Source: Octopus sinensis (lineage: Eukaryota). Taken from it: 64,000 nt of DNA. Shown here piece by piece: positions 50,885 through 64,000 of this stretch. The stretch spans positions 59,768,001 through 59,832,000 of the forward strand of contig NC_043008.1 in NCBI RefSeq assembly GCF_006345805.1. Reading direction: 5' to 3'. Both the position numbers and the translations under genes were made by a program. Under the pieces are notes generated by a model. It made no database searches. It saw only the letters and a program-made list of their open reading frames with translations, and was not told the DNA's origin. Within the stretch, counting starts at the first letter, position 1; every line of letters starts with the position of its first letter.

Positions 50885-51857
50885 AGAAGAAGATATAATA
50901 TCTTACCTCGTAGAAATTGCTCCAACTCTTTATGCTGTGAGTTCAAATCCAACCGAAGTCAAGTTTGCATTTCAAACCTTGGGAATCGATAAAAAAAAGA
51001 ATCAATTCAGGACAGTAAATTGATGGAACTTGCGCACGTGTCTAATAATGTCACACATGTGTTACTGCTGAGACATGTGGTGCCATTAGTGTCATGCTGT
51101 ATCGCCACAAGTCGGTGGTTTTGCTTTCTCTTGCATAAACGTAGTTGACATGGAGTGGGGCATTTATATTCATGAGCAACTGCTAACTTTTCTAAAAAAA
51201 AAAAAAATCTTGCCCAGGCTGAACATATATGTGCAGAAGTAGTGTCAACATTGATCGATTGAGCCACTGGAATAATCATGGGCAAACTATGGCCCGCGTG
51301 ACTTTCTGAATGACACGCTCAAACGAAAAATAACCTCAATTTTATTAGTAGGGTGGTTCGCATGATGATGAGCCGTGTCTCATGAGATCCACTTCTCAAA
51401 AGAATTTGCTCATGCCTGCTGTAGAATCTGGTAGCTTTGGGTATTAATGTCTCATTTCCCCCCACAAACATTCTTGTGAAGTAATTAGTTTGCTTTGACT
51501 TCTAAAATTTCAATACTTTTAATAACTTTCCAGGGGTTACTGTTTAAGTTTAGGCTATCTTCAAAGGATTTCTTTTCTTAAGTGTATCAGTGGAGAAGGG
51601 TAGCAATCTTGATATATTTAGGTACTTACTGACTGGCGGGATTGATACGGGGCCGATATGTGGACTGGAATGTGGTGGTCATGTCACGTCTGCAAGACCA
51701 ATAAAAAGAGAAAAAAAAATTGGGCGGGTGTTCTTATGGGTCCGAATTCTTGTAACAGACTGAACATGATAAAGGTAATCAAAGTCTACTCAGTAGTGTT
51801 AAACAAAGCAGTGTGTTAAAGGTTCTCTAGAGAGTGATTTCAGCATCACTATACTGA

Positions 51858-52631
51858 TTTCTTTATTGCCCACAAGGGGCTAAACATAGAGGGGACAAAC
51901 AAGGACAGACAAACGGATTAAGTCGATTACATCGACCCCAGTGCGTAACTGGTAGTTAATTTATCTACCCCGAAAGGATGAAAGGCAAAGTCGACCTCGG
52001 CGGAATTTGAACTAAGAACGTAATGGCAGACGAAATACCTATTTCTTTACTACCCACAAGGGGCTACACACAGAGGGGACAAACAAGGACAGACAAACGG
52101 ATTGATTATATCAACCCCAGTGCGTAACTGGTACTTATTTAATCGACCCCGAAAGAATGAAAGGCAAAGTCGACCTCAGCGGAATTTGAACCCAAAACGT
52201 AGCGGCAGACGAAGTACCTATTTCTTTACTACCCACAAGGGGCTACACACAGAGGGGACAAACAAGGACAGACAAACGGATTGATTATATCGACCCCAGT
52301 GCGTAACTGGTACTTATTTAATCGACCCCGAAAGGATGAAAGGCAAAGTCGACCTCAGCGGAATTTGAACCCAAAACGTAGCGGCAGACGAAGTACCTAT
52401 TTCTTTACTACCCACAAGGGGCTACACACAGAGGGGACAAACAAGGACAGACAAACGGATTAAGTCGATTATATCGACCCCAGTGCGTAACTGGTACTTA
52501 TTTAATCGACCCCGAAAGGATGAAAGCAAAGTCGACCTCGGCGGAATTTGAACTCAGAACGTAGCGGCAGACGAAATACCAGTAAGCATTTCATCCAGGG
52601 TGCTAACATTTCTGCCTGTTCGCCGCCTTAC
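51858..52631 (-). mobile_element. Four head-to-tail SINE family B units
   Basis: Units of about 180 bp start at about 51858, 52041, 52220 and 52399; only the last carries the full tRNA-like head. Confidence 0.92.
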
Positions 52632-54148
52632 TATACTGATTTCTGTGAAGGTAATGTGACCTAGGAATTAGAACATTGTGCTCACGATCGTTAGGTCAGT
52701 GTTAGTCTTAGAACTGGTGGCACATTGTGTCGAGGTGGCACTTCATGTCACGTTGCTCTTGGTACATTCTGCTGAAAATGAGTATCAGTACCCAATGGGG
52801 GTTAGTCATGTGACGGTTCAAGAGGGAGCCTTGTATTTTTAGTCTAAACGTTTGGAAATCTAGGCAAACCCAGGCCCTCATGAATCATTAAGATCAAGGT
52901 AAAATGTCTTTTGCAGCTGATTTCTAATATTGTCTAAAAATTTATCCGGCTCCTGCATGGTAACGAAATGTTTTGCATAACGTAAGGATAGCAGATTGAT
53001 ATATTATCTAAAATTTGTTTCGTTATTAATCTCTCATAGCACAATATTAAGGCAGCTTAAATAAAAGATAAATGCGATGGATTGATTAGTCATTGCCTGG
53101 TAAACGCTGTCTTGATCAAAATAGTCAGGTAGAAATAAATCTGGGAAAATGATGATAACAATAATAATAAAAAACAAACAAAAAGTGGAACTAATATTTG
53201 CAACGAATTTTGATAGGAGCTCACTGCCTAAACAGATGATTTGGATCTAGGAATAAATGCTACTCGTAATTGGATTCTCTTTGAAGTAATTACACAGTAG
53301 GGAATTAATCTATTCTATAATACATCTACACAAATTTGCGGAGAAGCAATTTTAACATGTCATTGTATTCCTGTCACATGCTCTCTCTTCTCTCTCTCTC
53401 TCTCTCTCTTACACTGCCAAAACCTGCCAAGTTCGCCAATAAAACCACTCGTTGGCATAAACCTCACTCCATATTTACATACGATGGCCAGTCATTCCGG
53501 ATATTAGACGAGCTGTTTCGTGCTAATCCATTATTTTCTTTTAACCTACGTTCTCACATTTCTCAGTAATAGTTAACACGGTAGTGAATCAATCGATAGT
53601 AATATATCCAGGATCTTTTTGCTTTATAAATACAGTTCGTGCTAAACGCCATGCATTTCGATGCATTACTATTAGCGGCTTAAATTTTAAAGTATGAGAT
53701 ATTGTGCGTATGCAGTATTGTGTATGCTGAAAGCTAACCCATCAAGATCTCTTGATATAAGAATCATGTGTTAGCTACTGGATTTCAGTTCTATTATGTG
53801 AACAACGTGATTGAATAAAACGATCACCGATCACCGATCACCGAACATCGATCTCTAGATTGATATAAAATCGAAGAAAAATAAAGCTGTAAAAAACTCG
53901 AAGTAAACACGCTGAGTTAAAACATGTCCCAACCCACCGCAAAAAAAAACCCCCAACAAAAACTAAACAACTTGTGTATGATAGCTAAATAATCCCTGGT
54001 ATGGCGTGTGTTGTTAAAAAATATGCATCGTAAACACGTGGTTCAGAGTTCGACCACAACGCGCGGGATCTTGGGAAAATGTTTTCTACAAAAGATTTCG
54101 CTTGGGAATGGAAGTTGACTGAAATTGCGTGTAATCTAATCGTGTGTG

Positions 54149-54179
<31 letters not shown>

Positions 54180-54423
54180 GAGTGTACGTGTCCTTGTTCT
54201 TTTTGTTACTCTCATCCTGGATGCCAATGGATCACGTTACTAACTTCAGCCATACATCATCCTACATCCTACATCCCTCGTCCTTCGACATCACTCCTCC
54301 GTCTCCTTCATTTTCTCATTTCTAAATTTCATCAAGCATTTCAAGTAATAAGACCACCATTTTATTTTTTTGTTAACGCAGACGATCACAATTTCTCTCT
54401 AATTTCACTGTTTTCTTATTTAG

Positions 54424-54582
54424 TGTGTCTTTCTTGACTTGACTGTCTGCGCCGCCGTTGGACATAGCTACAAACTCGTCCAGTATAATGTGTTGCCCTT
54501 AACTCTAATGACTGGAAATCATTATGATCATCAAGTGAAAATGAAAGTAATAGTGCCGGAAGGAGTCATAAATGGATTATGA
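54424..54582 (+). CDS. Weak candidate exon, product unknown
   Basis: CTGTTTTCTTATTTAG acceptor, then CVFLDLTVCAAVGHSYKLVQYNVLPLTLMTGNHYDHQVKMKVIVPEGVINGL*. Confidence 0.15.
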   Translation, partial: CVFLDLTVCAAVGHSYKLVQYNVLPLTLMTGNHYDHQVKMKVIVPEGVINGL

Positions 54583-54764
54583 TGATCGTTAAACTTGATG
54601 TTTAAAAAGGTTTGGTCGGGGAGGGTGACTCAACTATATTGGTAAAAGCATTAAAGTTTGTAAAGTGTACGATAAGAAGAAAACACTAAAGATGAAATTA
54701 CATCAAATATTTGCGCTGCTACATTATTTATTTTTTTCATATTCTGTTAATATTGGTTTCAAAT

Positions 54765-54938
54765 TTTGTCACAAGGCCAGCAAATTCGAGGGAGCGGGTA
54801 AGTCAATTACAATTGCTCAATGACTTCTTATCTTATCGACCCCCAAAGTCAACCGCGGCGGAATTTGAACTCAGAGACGGACGAAATATTACTAAGCATT
54901 TTGCCTGGTGTGTTAACGATTCTGCCAGCTCACTGCCT

Positions 54939-54991
<53 letters not shown>

Positions 54992-55345
54992 TCTACTAAA
55001 GGCAAAAGGCCTGGAATTTTGGGGGAGGAGGACTAGTCGACATCGACTCCAGTGTTTTACTGGTACTTAATTTATCGACCCTGAAAGAATGAAATGCAAA
55101 GTCGACCTCGGCGAAATTTGAACCCAGAACGTTAAGGCGGACGAAATGCCGCTAAGCATTTTGCCCGACCTGCTAACGGTTCTGCCAGCTCGCTGCTTTA
55201 TACTTGATATTCTTTCTACCATAGGCACAAGTCCTGAAATTTTTGAGGGAGGGGACTTATCAATTACATCGACTTTAATGCTCAACAGGCCTTTATTTTA
55301 CAGACTCCGAGAGAATAAAAAGGAAAAGTGGACTTCGGTCGGTTC
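54765..55345 (-). mobile_element. Cluster of three degenerate SINE family B copies around (TAC)n
   Basis: Family B bodies at about 54765, 54988 and 55205. Confidence 0.75.
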
Positions 55346-55656
55346 CAAGGGCGGCGAACTGGACAATAGACAGTCAGTCAAACACAGTTGAAACACTCCT
55401 GTCACAACCTGGGACCTTGAAGACTGCTATAACGCATGAAAGTATACTAGTCCCTTAATATATTTTATTCAACATTTCATCTATTCAATAAGACAATCAA
55501 TACTTCATTTCATTTTACTATATATATATATTAATTATACTATATATTCTATATTCTACAATAATATTATAAAGAATATAAATAAACATAAAAAACAGAC
55601 AGAGTTGGAATTTCTTTGAATAATATATATCCCTCTATACACATTCACACAAAAAC

Positions 55657-55702
<46 letters not shown>

Positions 55703-55900
55703 TTGATTAATAAGAGAGACGGAAGATGGAAGATACGAGAATGTTTATTGATCACTAGAATTGTTTCGATCCATCTAACACATCGATTTCTCACGAGTGG
55801 AATACCGAACATCTGGTTAGGTGTATCCGCCAGTGTTGATGTGTCCCCTTAGGGGACGAGAATATCTCGTTAAAATAGCATATGTATACATATATATATA

Positions 55901-55935
<35 letters not shown>

Positions 55936-55986
55936 CATGTATGTGTGTGTATGTATATATGTATGTATGTATGTATGTATATATAT

Positions 55987-56017
<31 letters not shown>

Positions 56018-56925
56018 TGTATGTATGTATGTATGTGAAGGTGCATGGCTCAGTGGTCAAAGTGTTTCATTCACGATTGCGAGATCGTGGTTTGATTTCC
56101 AGAGCGGGCGTTGCATTGTGCTCTTGAGCAAAGCACTTCATTTCACGTTGCTCTGCGATCATTTCATCATCTGACAAGTGGCACCCGTAGCACCTGTACA
56201 GGTAATATCAATCTGATGGAGGGAATGAGCTTATGTGTACACAAACATTTGATCACTATAAACAAGTCATCTGTGTGGCTGTTCAATAAGAAATTGTCGA
56301 ACCCTCGACGGGAGAGTCCATCATATGTATAATCATGCGTAAAATTTACGCTTTTCCGCTGTTTAATATTCTCCTTCTCAGCTGTTTCCCTATAAATCCA
56401 AGCCACACATTTCTCTAACGTGCACATAATACATTTCCAGCGAGAGCAGAGTGATATTTAAAGTCACGCAATATTTTATTCCAATTGCAAACATATCAGA
56501 AATATTTTATTCCGATTGGAAACACATCTGAAATGAAATTTTAGATCGAGAAATACTGGTATAGTTCTTAAATAGACACCGCTACTTGAGAGGATGTCTA
56601 TTTAATGCAGACCTAAGAAAGACAAAAATGTGAAGCTTACGTTAGGATTTGAAAAGGCCAGTAACTTATAAGACAATATGCTTTGTCTAACGCTGCCAAT
56701 CTACGACACTGCCAATCAAATTATATTTTGCTGACACAACAACGAATGAAATAGAAGTATATTTGTGTTGTTTTAAGTGTTATAATCACTGCTGGCTTTC
56801 TCAGTACTATTATAATAGAAAGCCTTTCTATTTATATATATTGCACAAGAGTTTTCGTAAGAGGACTTGAAAGTAGGAATGGCTACTTATAACTATGGTG
56901 TCTTTTAACGTATAATACATGAACC

Positions 56926-56957
<32 letters not shown>

Positions 56958-57183
56958 TGTATGTATGTATGTATGTATGTATGTATGTGTGCGTGTATGT
57001 ATGTATGAATGTATGTATGTATGTATGTATGTATGTATGAATGTATGTGTGCGCGTATGTATGTACGTATGTTTGATTGTACGTACGTATATATATATGT
57101 ACACACACATATATGTATATACACATATATGTACGTATGCATATATACATATATATCCCTAACATATATACATACATACATAC

Positions 57184-57244
<61 letters not shown>

Positions 57245-57541
57245 GCACATGGCCTAGTGGTTAGAGCAGCGGACGCGCGGTGGAGGTATCGCGGGTTCGA
57301 ATCTCAGACCGGGCGATGTGTGTGTTTTATGAGCAAAACACATAAATTCCTCACGGCTCTAGCACAAAGTAATGCCGAACATCTGCTGACTCTTTCACCA
57401 CAACTTTCTCTCACTTTTTCCTCCTGCATCTTCTAGCTCACCTGCGACGGACCGACGTCCCGTCCAGGTGGGGAACCAATACGCCAAGGAAACCGGGAAG
57501 CCGGCCCTTATGAGCCAGGCGTGGCTCGAGAAGGAACAAAC
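57245..57541 (+). mobile_element. Full-length SINE family D
   Basis: A box TGGCCTAGTGG, B box GGGTTCGAATC, tail GGCTCGAGAAGGAACAAAC. Confidence 0.8.
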
Positions 57542-57563
57542 GACACACATACATACACACACA

Positions 57564-57601
<38 letters not shown>

Positions 57602-57616
57602 GTAATATGATATATT

Positions 57617-57676
57617 TACAATTATACAATTACATACCAGCCACTCGAGTGGCTGCTGTGTAATTGTATAATTGTA
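57617..57676. repeat. 60-bp loopless palindrome
   Basis: 30-bp arms with 2 mismatches, centred on CTC|GAG. Confidence 0.92.
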
Positions 57677-58177
57677 TTTCTGTATATATTTTTTCTGTAT
57701 TGTGTGAAAACATCCTCATGAGGAGAGTGTCAGTTTTAAAAATATTAAATATATCATATTACTTGGCACGTCTCTGAAACGGCCCATAGATGGAATTTTA
57801 AAATTTTGTATTATTTTCCTGGTATTTTAGTACGTTCTTATAATGTTTTATCATCTCAAATTTTTATTACGCCAATGCATTATAACTTTTAAATCTAAAA
57901 TTCACTGTGTTTTATATATCACATCGATATTTATCAATTTATATGTATTTTTGTATTTATATATTTGGAATTTTTATATCCGTTTTATAAATGTAGAAGA
58001 ATATATGTATATATTTGATTTTGAGTGTGGTTATTAATTATGTTTCTCTAGTTTCCACTTGCATTGTCTCCATTGAGATTATTAAGCGGAATATTGCTCA
58101 CTTGGAGCACTACAGCTCTAGTCTGTATTTTATTTGCGGGTATTGTTACAATAGCAATCTCAAAATAAAGCAGTGTA

Positions 58178-58216
<39 letters not shown>

Positions 58217-58344
58217 CTGTGTAAAATTAATTAATTAATTTCTAATTCAGTACGTGGCGAGGCACTTAGTTGACCCTTGATTATAATTATGTGTATAATT
58301 ATAGAATATTTTGTATATACCCCCACCATATATATGTATATATA

Positions 58345-58540
58345 TAGTTGAAATTTATAGAAAAACAAAAGACAAAGACAGGTGTATGAACAACAAGCAA
58401 GTGAGTATTAGTTTGACGCTCGGGGAAAATGAAAAAGTCTTTTACATTTCGTGCCTACGCTCTTCAACAGAAAGGAATAAAAGAAAATAAACAGAGAGGA
58501 AATGAAAAAAGCTTGTAGATTTCAGCAGTACAGCATGGCG
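58345..58540 (-). mobile_element. Family H2 element with HHR-like motif (58439-58474)
   Basis: Reverse complement: CUUU-CUGUUGA-A-GAGC(GUAG)GCAC-GAA-AUGU-A-AAAG; (TA)-rich flanks. Confidence 0.65.
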
Positions 58541-58555
58541 AATATATATATATAT

Positions 58556-58932
58556 GTTCTTTTATTTGTTTCAGTCATTTGACTGCGGCCATGCTGGAGC
58601 ACCGCCTTTAGTCAAGCAAATTGACCCCAGTACTTATTCTTTTGAAGCCTAGTACTTATTCTACCGGTCACTTTTGCCGAATCGCTAAGTTACGGGTACG
58701 TAGACACGCCACCATCAGTTGTCAAGGGATGGTGGGGGACAACACACACACACACACACACAACACACACACACACACGCGCACACTCACACACACACAC
58801 ACATGCGACGAGCTTTTATAGCTTCCGTCTACCAAATCCACTCATAAGGCTTTGGTCGGCTCAAGGTGTCACGCAGTGGGACTGAACCCGGAACCATGTG
58901 GTTGGTAAATAAGTTACTTACCACACAGCCAT
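58556..58932 (-). mobile_element. SINE family A
   Basis: Reverse complement is colinear with 10064. Confidence 0.8.
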
Positions 58933-59209
58933 ATTCAAGTTTGTTTTTTCTCTCTCAAGCTATGGAACTTGAAGGATTACTCAATACTTTTATTAGAGAA
59001 CATATTCATTATTCTTTCAAAAAGGAAAGGCTGCCAGTGACTTTGATGTTTCTGTTTGCATGCGCACGCACGTTCATGTATCTGTTTGCTTATTGTTCCT
59101 GTTTAGCCGAAGTTGTTCCCTGATTGAGCAGACGTATGATCAAAATCATTGTTGCTCTGACCGTCTCATTGTTTTCCTATATATTTGTAGAACCCTAACC
59201 CTAACCCTA

Positions 59210-59720
59210 ACCCAGTGGTTAGGGCAGCGGACACGCAGTCGGAAGATCGCAGTTTCGATTCCCAGACCGGGCGTTGTGTGTGTTTATTGAGCGAAAACAC
59301 CTAAAGCTCCACGAGGATCCGACAGGGGGTGGTGGCGACCCCTGTTGTACTCTCACACACCCTTCCTGTTTCTTGAGTAATGCTGCGATGGACTGGCGTC
59401 CCGTCCAGCTGGGGGGAACACATACGCCACAGAAACCGGGAAACCGGGCCCATGAGCCTGGCTACCATGAGGTAGTGAGTTCGATTCCCGGACTGGGCTG
59501 TATGTTGTGTTCTTGAACTTTAGTATTCTCAGCTGTAGAAATGAATTGCAATGTCACTGGTGCCAAGCTGTATCGGCCTTTGCCTTTCCCTTGGATAACA
59601 ATGGGGCGGCTGGTATGGGCGACTGCTGGTCTTTCATAGACTTGTACCTCGGAGGGTAATTTTCTAGGTGCAATCCCATAGTCAGTCATGACCGAAGGGG
59701 GTCTTTTACCCTTTACCCTT
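59210..59720 (+). mobile_element. SINE family D followed by SINE family C
   Basis: Two tRNA-like heads (about 59213 and 59470); preceded by (AACCCT)3. Confidence 0.75.
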
Positions 59721-60200
59721 GATCGATATAAAGTAAATAATTATACACGTGCAGGTGCCTCTCTGTGGACGCTTTATCTGCGAGAAATAACTTCCAAATC
59801 GCCCTCAAAACACATCCTGACTTCTTGTTTCAGTCAATGGATAGCTACCATGCTGGAGCACAACCGTGAGTCAGTTTTAGATTGATACTACCGCTCCCGT
59901 TCGTCGAAACGCTAACTTACGGAAACATAAACAAATCAACACCGGCTGCCAAACAGTGGCCTAGGGATAAATATAGACACATTAACACCCCACCCAAATG
60001 CACATATATTTTGTCATTTAATTTTTACTGGCGCAATGCATTAAAAGGTTTAGTTGAACAAGTCGATCTCAGTACTTATTTCTAAGCCTGATATGTATTT
60101 TATCGTTCTCTTTAGCCGAGCAGCTAGCTTACAGAAACGCAAGCAAACCAACACCGGTCGTCAAGCGTGGTGGAGCACAAACAGAAACTGATACATTCAT

Positions 60201-60395
60201 TCATGTAGATCGCTAGCCACTACACACATTTTTTTCTCTCCTTGTTTCTCTCCTTGTTTTTTCTGTGTCCCTTTCTGTAGAAGAGCGTAGGCTCGAAATG
60301 TAAAAGACTTTTTCTATTCCTGAGCGTTATACTAATACATCTGTTTGTTTTGTACACCAACTGTCTTCGTCTTTTGTTTTTTCGTAAACTCTCCC

Positions 60396-60396
<1 letters not shown>
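60201..60396 (+). mobile_element. Family H2 element with HHR-like motif (60271-60306)
   Basis: CUUU-CUGUAGA-A-GAGC(GUAG)GCUC-GAA-AUGU-A-AAAG; followed by (TA)n. Confidence 0.7.
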
Positions 60397-60460
<64 letters not shown>

Positions 60461-60499
60461 TGCGTATTTACACACACACATACTTACAAAAATACACAT

Positions 60500-60730
60500 A
60501 TTCTTTTATTCTTTTATATGTTTAAGTCCAATGACTGTGGCCATGTTGCAGCACCGCCAATCTGATCATCTTTCCACTTTCCACGCCGTTGTACTAGATT
60601 CACTTCCAAGACATTATTTGGCTCTGGGCTATAATAGAAGACACTTGTCCAAAGTGTTGCACAGAGGGACTGAACCCCAAACCACATGATTGCAAAGGGA
60701 GGTTCTTACCACACAGCTACGCCTGCGCCT
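60500..60730 (-). mobile_element. Degenerate SINE family A
   Basis: GACTGTGGCCATGTTGCAGCACC and GCTATAATAGAAGACACTTG landmarks. Confidence 0.65.
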
Positions 60731-61507
60731 TTGTATTATTCTATAAGCTAACAATATGATGGACATATATCCTAAAAAAAAAAAATAAACTGTTTCTTAA
60801 ACTGATGGAGGTCCGAAACACACAACCAACAGTTCTCTCTGTCTGAACCTCTCTCCTACTCTCACTCTTTCTGTCTCTCTATCTCTCTGACACACAGACA
60901 GACTTGCTTTCTTATGAGATCTTAGTCATCTCCTGTCTTCCCATTCCTCCCCTTCCTCCTACTGCTTTACTTCCTCCCTCTCCTCTTACACCCCCTCTGC
61001 TATTAGTTCCTCACACAAACCCACTTCTCTCTACCATTTCGCTCTTAACACCATTAAATGTCAAATTTGTTTGTTTTTTTTTCTACGTTACACACCCCTC
61101 TTTTCCTCCTTTCGCCTAACGTGTGTATGTGCTTGTGTGTGTGTGTCGTGTGTATGTGTTTGTGTGTGTGTATGTGTGTATGTGCTTGAGTGTGTGTGTA
61201 TGTGTGTATGTGCTTGTGTGTGTGTGTGTATGTGTGTTCGTGGATGTGTGCCTATGTATGTTTTTGCGGTGTGTATGTATATATATGTAAGTGTGTAAGT
61301 GTGCGTTTTAACCATGCCACTGACATATACACTAAGCAAAACGCAAAGCATATTACACGCATTATCACATACACACACTAACATACACACGCAATCACTC
61401 ATACACACACACTCACATATTCACTTAAGACTGTCGAAATTTTACACACAAGAGAATGTGGACATAATTATATATATATATACGTATATAATATATATAT
61501 ATATTAT

Positions 61508-61541
<34 letters not shown>

Positions 61542-61613
61542 ATATATACATACATATACATAACATACATATACATATATATATTATATATATATATATA
61601 TACACACACACAT

Positions 61614-61669
<56 letters not shown>

Positions 61670-61934
61670 TACATACACATACTCTCACACATACAAAGTG
61701 ACAACTATTACATTTTCGCACCCTTCGTCTCCCTTTTCTCTCTCTCCTCTCACTTATCCTCTCTCATATCCTCCCACTTTCTTCGAATTTCTCTCGCTTT
61801 ATCTCTCTCTTTCCTTTTTTCTCTTTTCTTTTTTTTTGTTCTTTATTTGGCCCTTCCGTCTCTGCGTGTATACACAATACCATACTTGGATTCAGAATAC
61901 ACACATACATATATACATATATACATACATACAT

Positions 61935-61973
<39 letters not shown>

Positions 61974-62347
61974 TAGACTTATACGCATCTCTCTCCCCCT
62001 CTCTCTCTTTCTATATATATATAAGTATATATATATTTATGTATGTATGTATCAATACACACACACACACACACGCTTGTTGTGTAAAATTCATTTATAT
62101 ATTTAGCATTTAAACACACATACAGACGCATACACGTACACACACACAGTACACACGCACCCACACCTCACACTCAAAGACACACTACTACGTACGCACA
62201 CACACATTCTATTTCAAAACTTCTTTCATTGTTTTCGGAAATTCTTTCCCCCATAAAGTTTTCTTTCTCTAAGAGTCTGTCCTTGTCCTTTTGACTCGGT
62301 CTCTTTCTGTCCCCTCTCTCCTCCTTTCTATCTTTATACACACACCA

Positions 62348-62396
<49 letters not shown>

Positions 62397-63349
62397 CACA
62401 CACATACACACGTATCTATTATTTATATACCAATCTTTTCGAAAGTTTAAGCGAAGTATTGGTCATTTCATTGATAGATCTACGAAAGACGAGTAACGAA
62501 GTAGATCTTTACGCCAAACCAATCTGTTTTTGTTTTTACATATTCTCTCGTGTGTCCCTTTCCTGACTTGAAATTTCGTCGCAAGAACAAGTAAAAAAAA
62601 AAAAAGAAGGAAAACAAAAACCACCGCCAACATTTAAACGATCACCACCGCCACGACCAACACCACCAAAACACTACAACCATCACCATTAATAATAACA
62701 ACGAAAACACCGATTTGGAAGTTTTCTGCTGTGATATATATATATATAACAATAGAATCATTCATACGTTTACCAAATTTTTCAATAGAATTTATATATT
62801 GAAAATATATAAATATATTACATATATAAATATATAAACATATATTTACCATCCCGAAGTATAACAATATATATATATATATTACCAAATTCAAATTTTT
62901 TACCAAAATTATCGACGAAAGAAATTTAACTAAAAACCTCAAAATGCCATCAACGACAGCCGTGTTTTCCAGCTGGACAATTTTTTTATGTGGTATGTTA
63001 TTTTTTTAATTATTTATTTGAAAGAAAAAAATCTGTCATAAGATTTACTGTTCCTAATATCCTAATATAGTGAGGTAATGTTGTTTTATTGCGAAGATGC
63101 TAATTGTAAAAAATAAATAAAAAAAAAGGCATGTGTTCCCACTTTTTTTGACACTGTTTACAGATATCTTTGAACGTTCGAAACGAGGTTGGGGTGGGGT
63201 GGGGGTGGGGAACTCATCTCTCTCTACGTGGTTACTACATCTTATTGAATTAAAATAGTTGTCGCGAAATCTGTCCCATTAATGATGCACCCGATTGCCT
63301 TATAAAAAAAAAATTAAAGATGGAAAGCGAGATATATAGAGTATGAAAA

Positions 63350-63525
63350 TTGGAGTCGAGTGTAGTCAATTACTTCGACCCCAGTGTTCGAGTGGTACTT
63401 ATTTTATCAACATCGAAAGGATAAAAGGTAAACTCGACCTCGGTGGAGTTTGAACTCAGAGACGGACGAAATTCCACTATGCACCACGTTCAGCGTGCTA
63501 ACGATTTTGTCAGATCACCACCTTA
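63350..63525 (-). mobile_element. Degenerate SINE family B
   Basis: GACCTCGGTGGAGTTTGAACTCAGA body. Confidence 0.7.
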
Positions 63526-64000
63526 ATAATAGCAATGGACACCTCAATCACCAAGGACATCCTAGGTAGGAACCCCTCTCCTCTTCATCCCCCCCCGGGC
63601 TACAGGTGCATGTTCAGTGAAGGCCAGAATAATAGTAACAATATTAAAACAATATTAGAAACGTGGTCATTCGTTGTGCTAGATATAACAGTTAAATTTT
63701 CCTAAAATCACTTCCCCTATTTTCTTCTGGTAAAGAAACAAGTTGGATGTCTTAGAGATCCTTAAAAAGGACGCAATGCTTATGAATAGAATGTCTTTCC
63801 CCATAAGTCACCTCGATAGGCTGACCTAGGGTTAAACAACAAAAAAGTTTTAAAAATTCGTTTTCATATGATAGTAATGTTTATTATGTTTGATTATGCA
63901 GTTTGACTACGAAGTCTCAGGTTCGATCTCAATGCGTGGGATCTTGGGTACGTGCCAAATTTTATAGCGACAGGTTGAACTGTAATTTGTGAGTGAAACT

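Noticed and set aside
51858-52631. Regularly spaced repeats suggestive of a CRISPR array
   Set aside because: Whole units of about 180 bp repeat with no unique spacers, the unit is a dispersed SINE, and there are no cas genes.
55304-55441. Apparently symmetric 138-bp exon with a strong acceptor
   Set aside because: The acceptor and first 45 bp align to a degenerate SINE B body (TTATTTTATCGACCCCGAAAGGATG...), so the signal is repeat-derived.
56469-56533. 32-bp imperfect direct repeat, and (CCGATCA)3 at about 53820
   Set aside because: Two or three degenerate units only; ordinary slippage products.
59191-59212. Telomere or chromosome end
   Set aside because: Only three to four units, internal, and adjacent to a SINE head.

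Overview
Eukaryotic, very repeat-rich, AT-rich DNA. No prokaryotic-type genes, operons or CRISPR arrays are present. The SINE and MITE families look like those of an octopus (coleoid cephalopod) genome; this is recognition only and cannot be verified here. Almost all ORFs in the supplied track are translations of microsatellites ((TA)n, (TCTA)n, (AAT)n, (TATG)n, (CA)n). Coding traces that match known families are all decayed transposon pieces: a Tx1/L1 LINE 3' end, a full-length but frameshifted Tc1, an internally deleted mariner, a Helitron RepHel N-terminus, and small Jockey-, RTE- and R4/Dong-like fragments. A few isolated host-exon candidates are weak. The most interesting signal is a set of minimal type I hammerhead ribozyme (HHR) motifs of the Penelope-like-element kind, in at least two or three short non-autonomous repeat families. 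One family joins a tRNA-derived Pol III head to an HHR tail and forms a foldback that is partly tandem-duplicated (27.4-30.3 kb). A second family has a recurrent A6U change in the catalytic core. Also notable: microsatellite-embedded elements, several near-perfect hairpins, tandem SINE arrays, a 1.5-kb stretch of about 15-20% GC, and a minus-strand signal-peptide ORF interrupted by one TAG.
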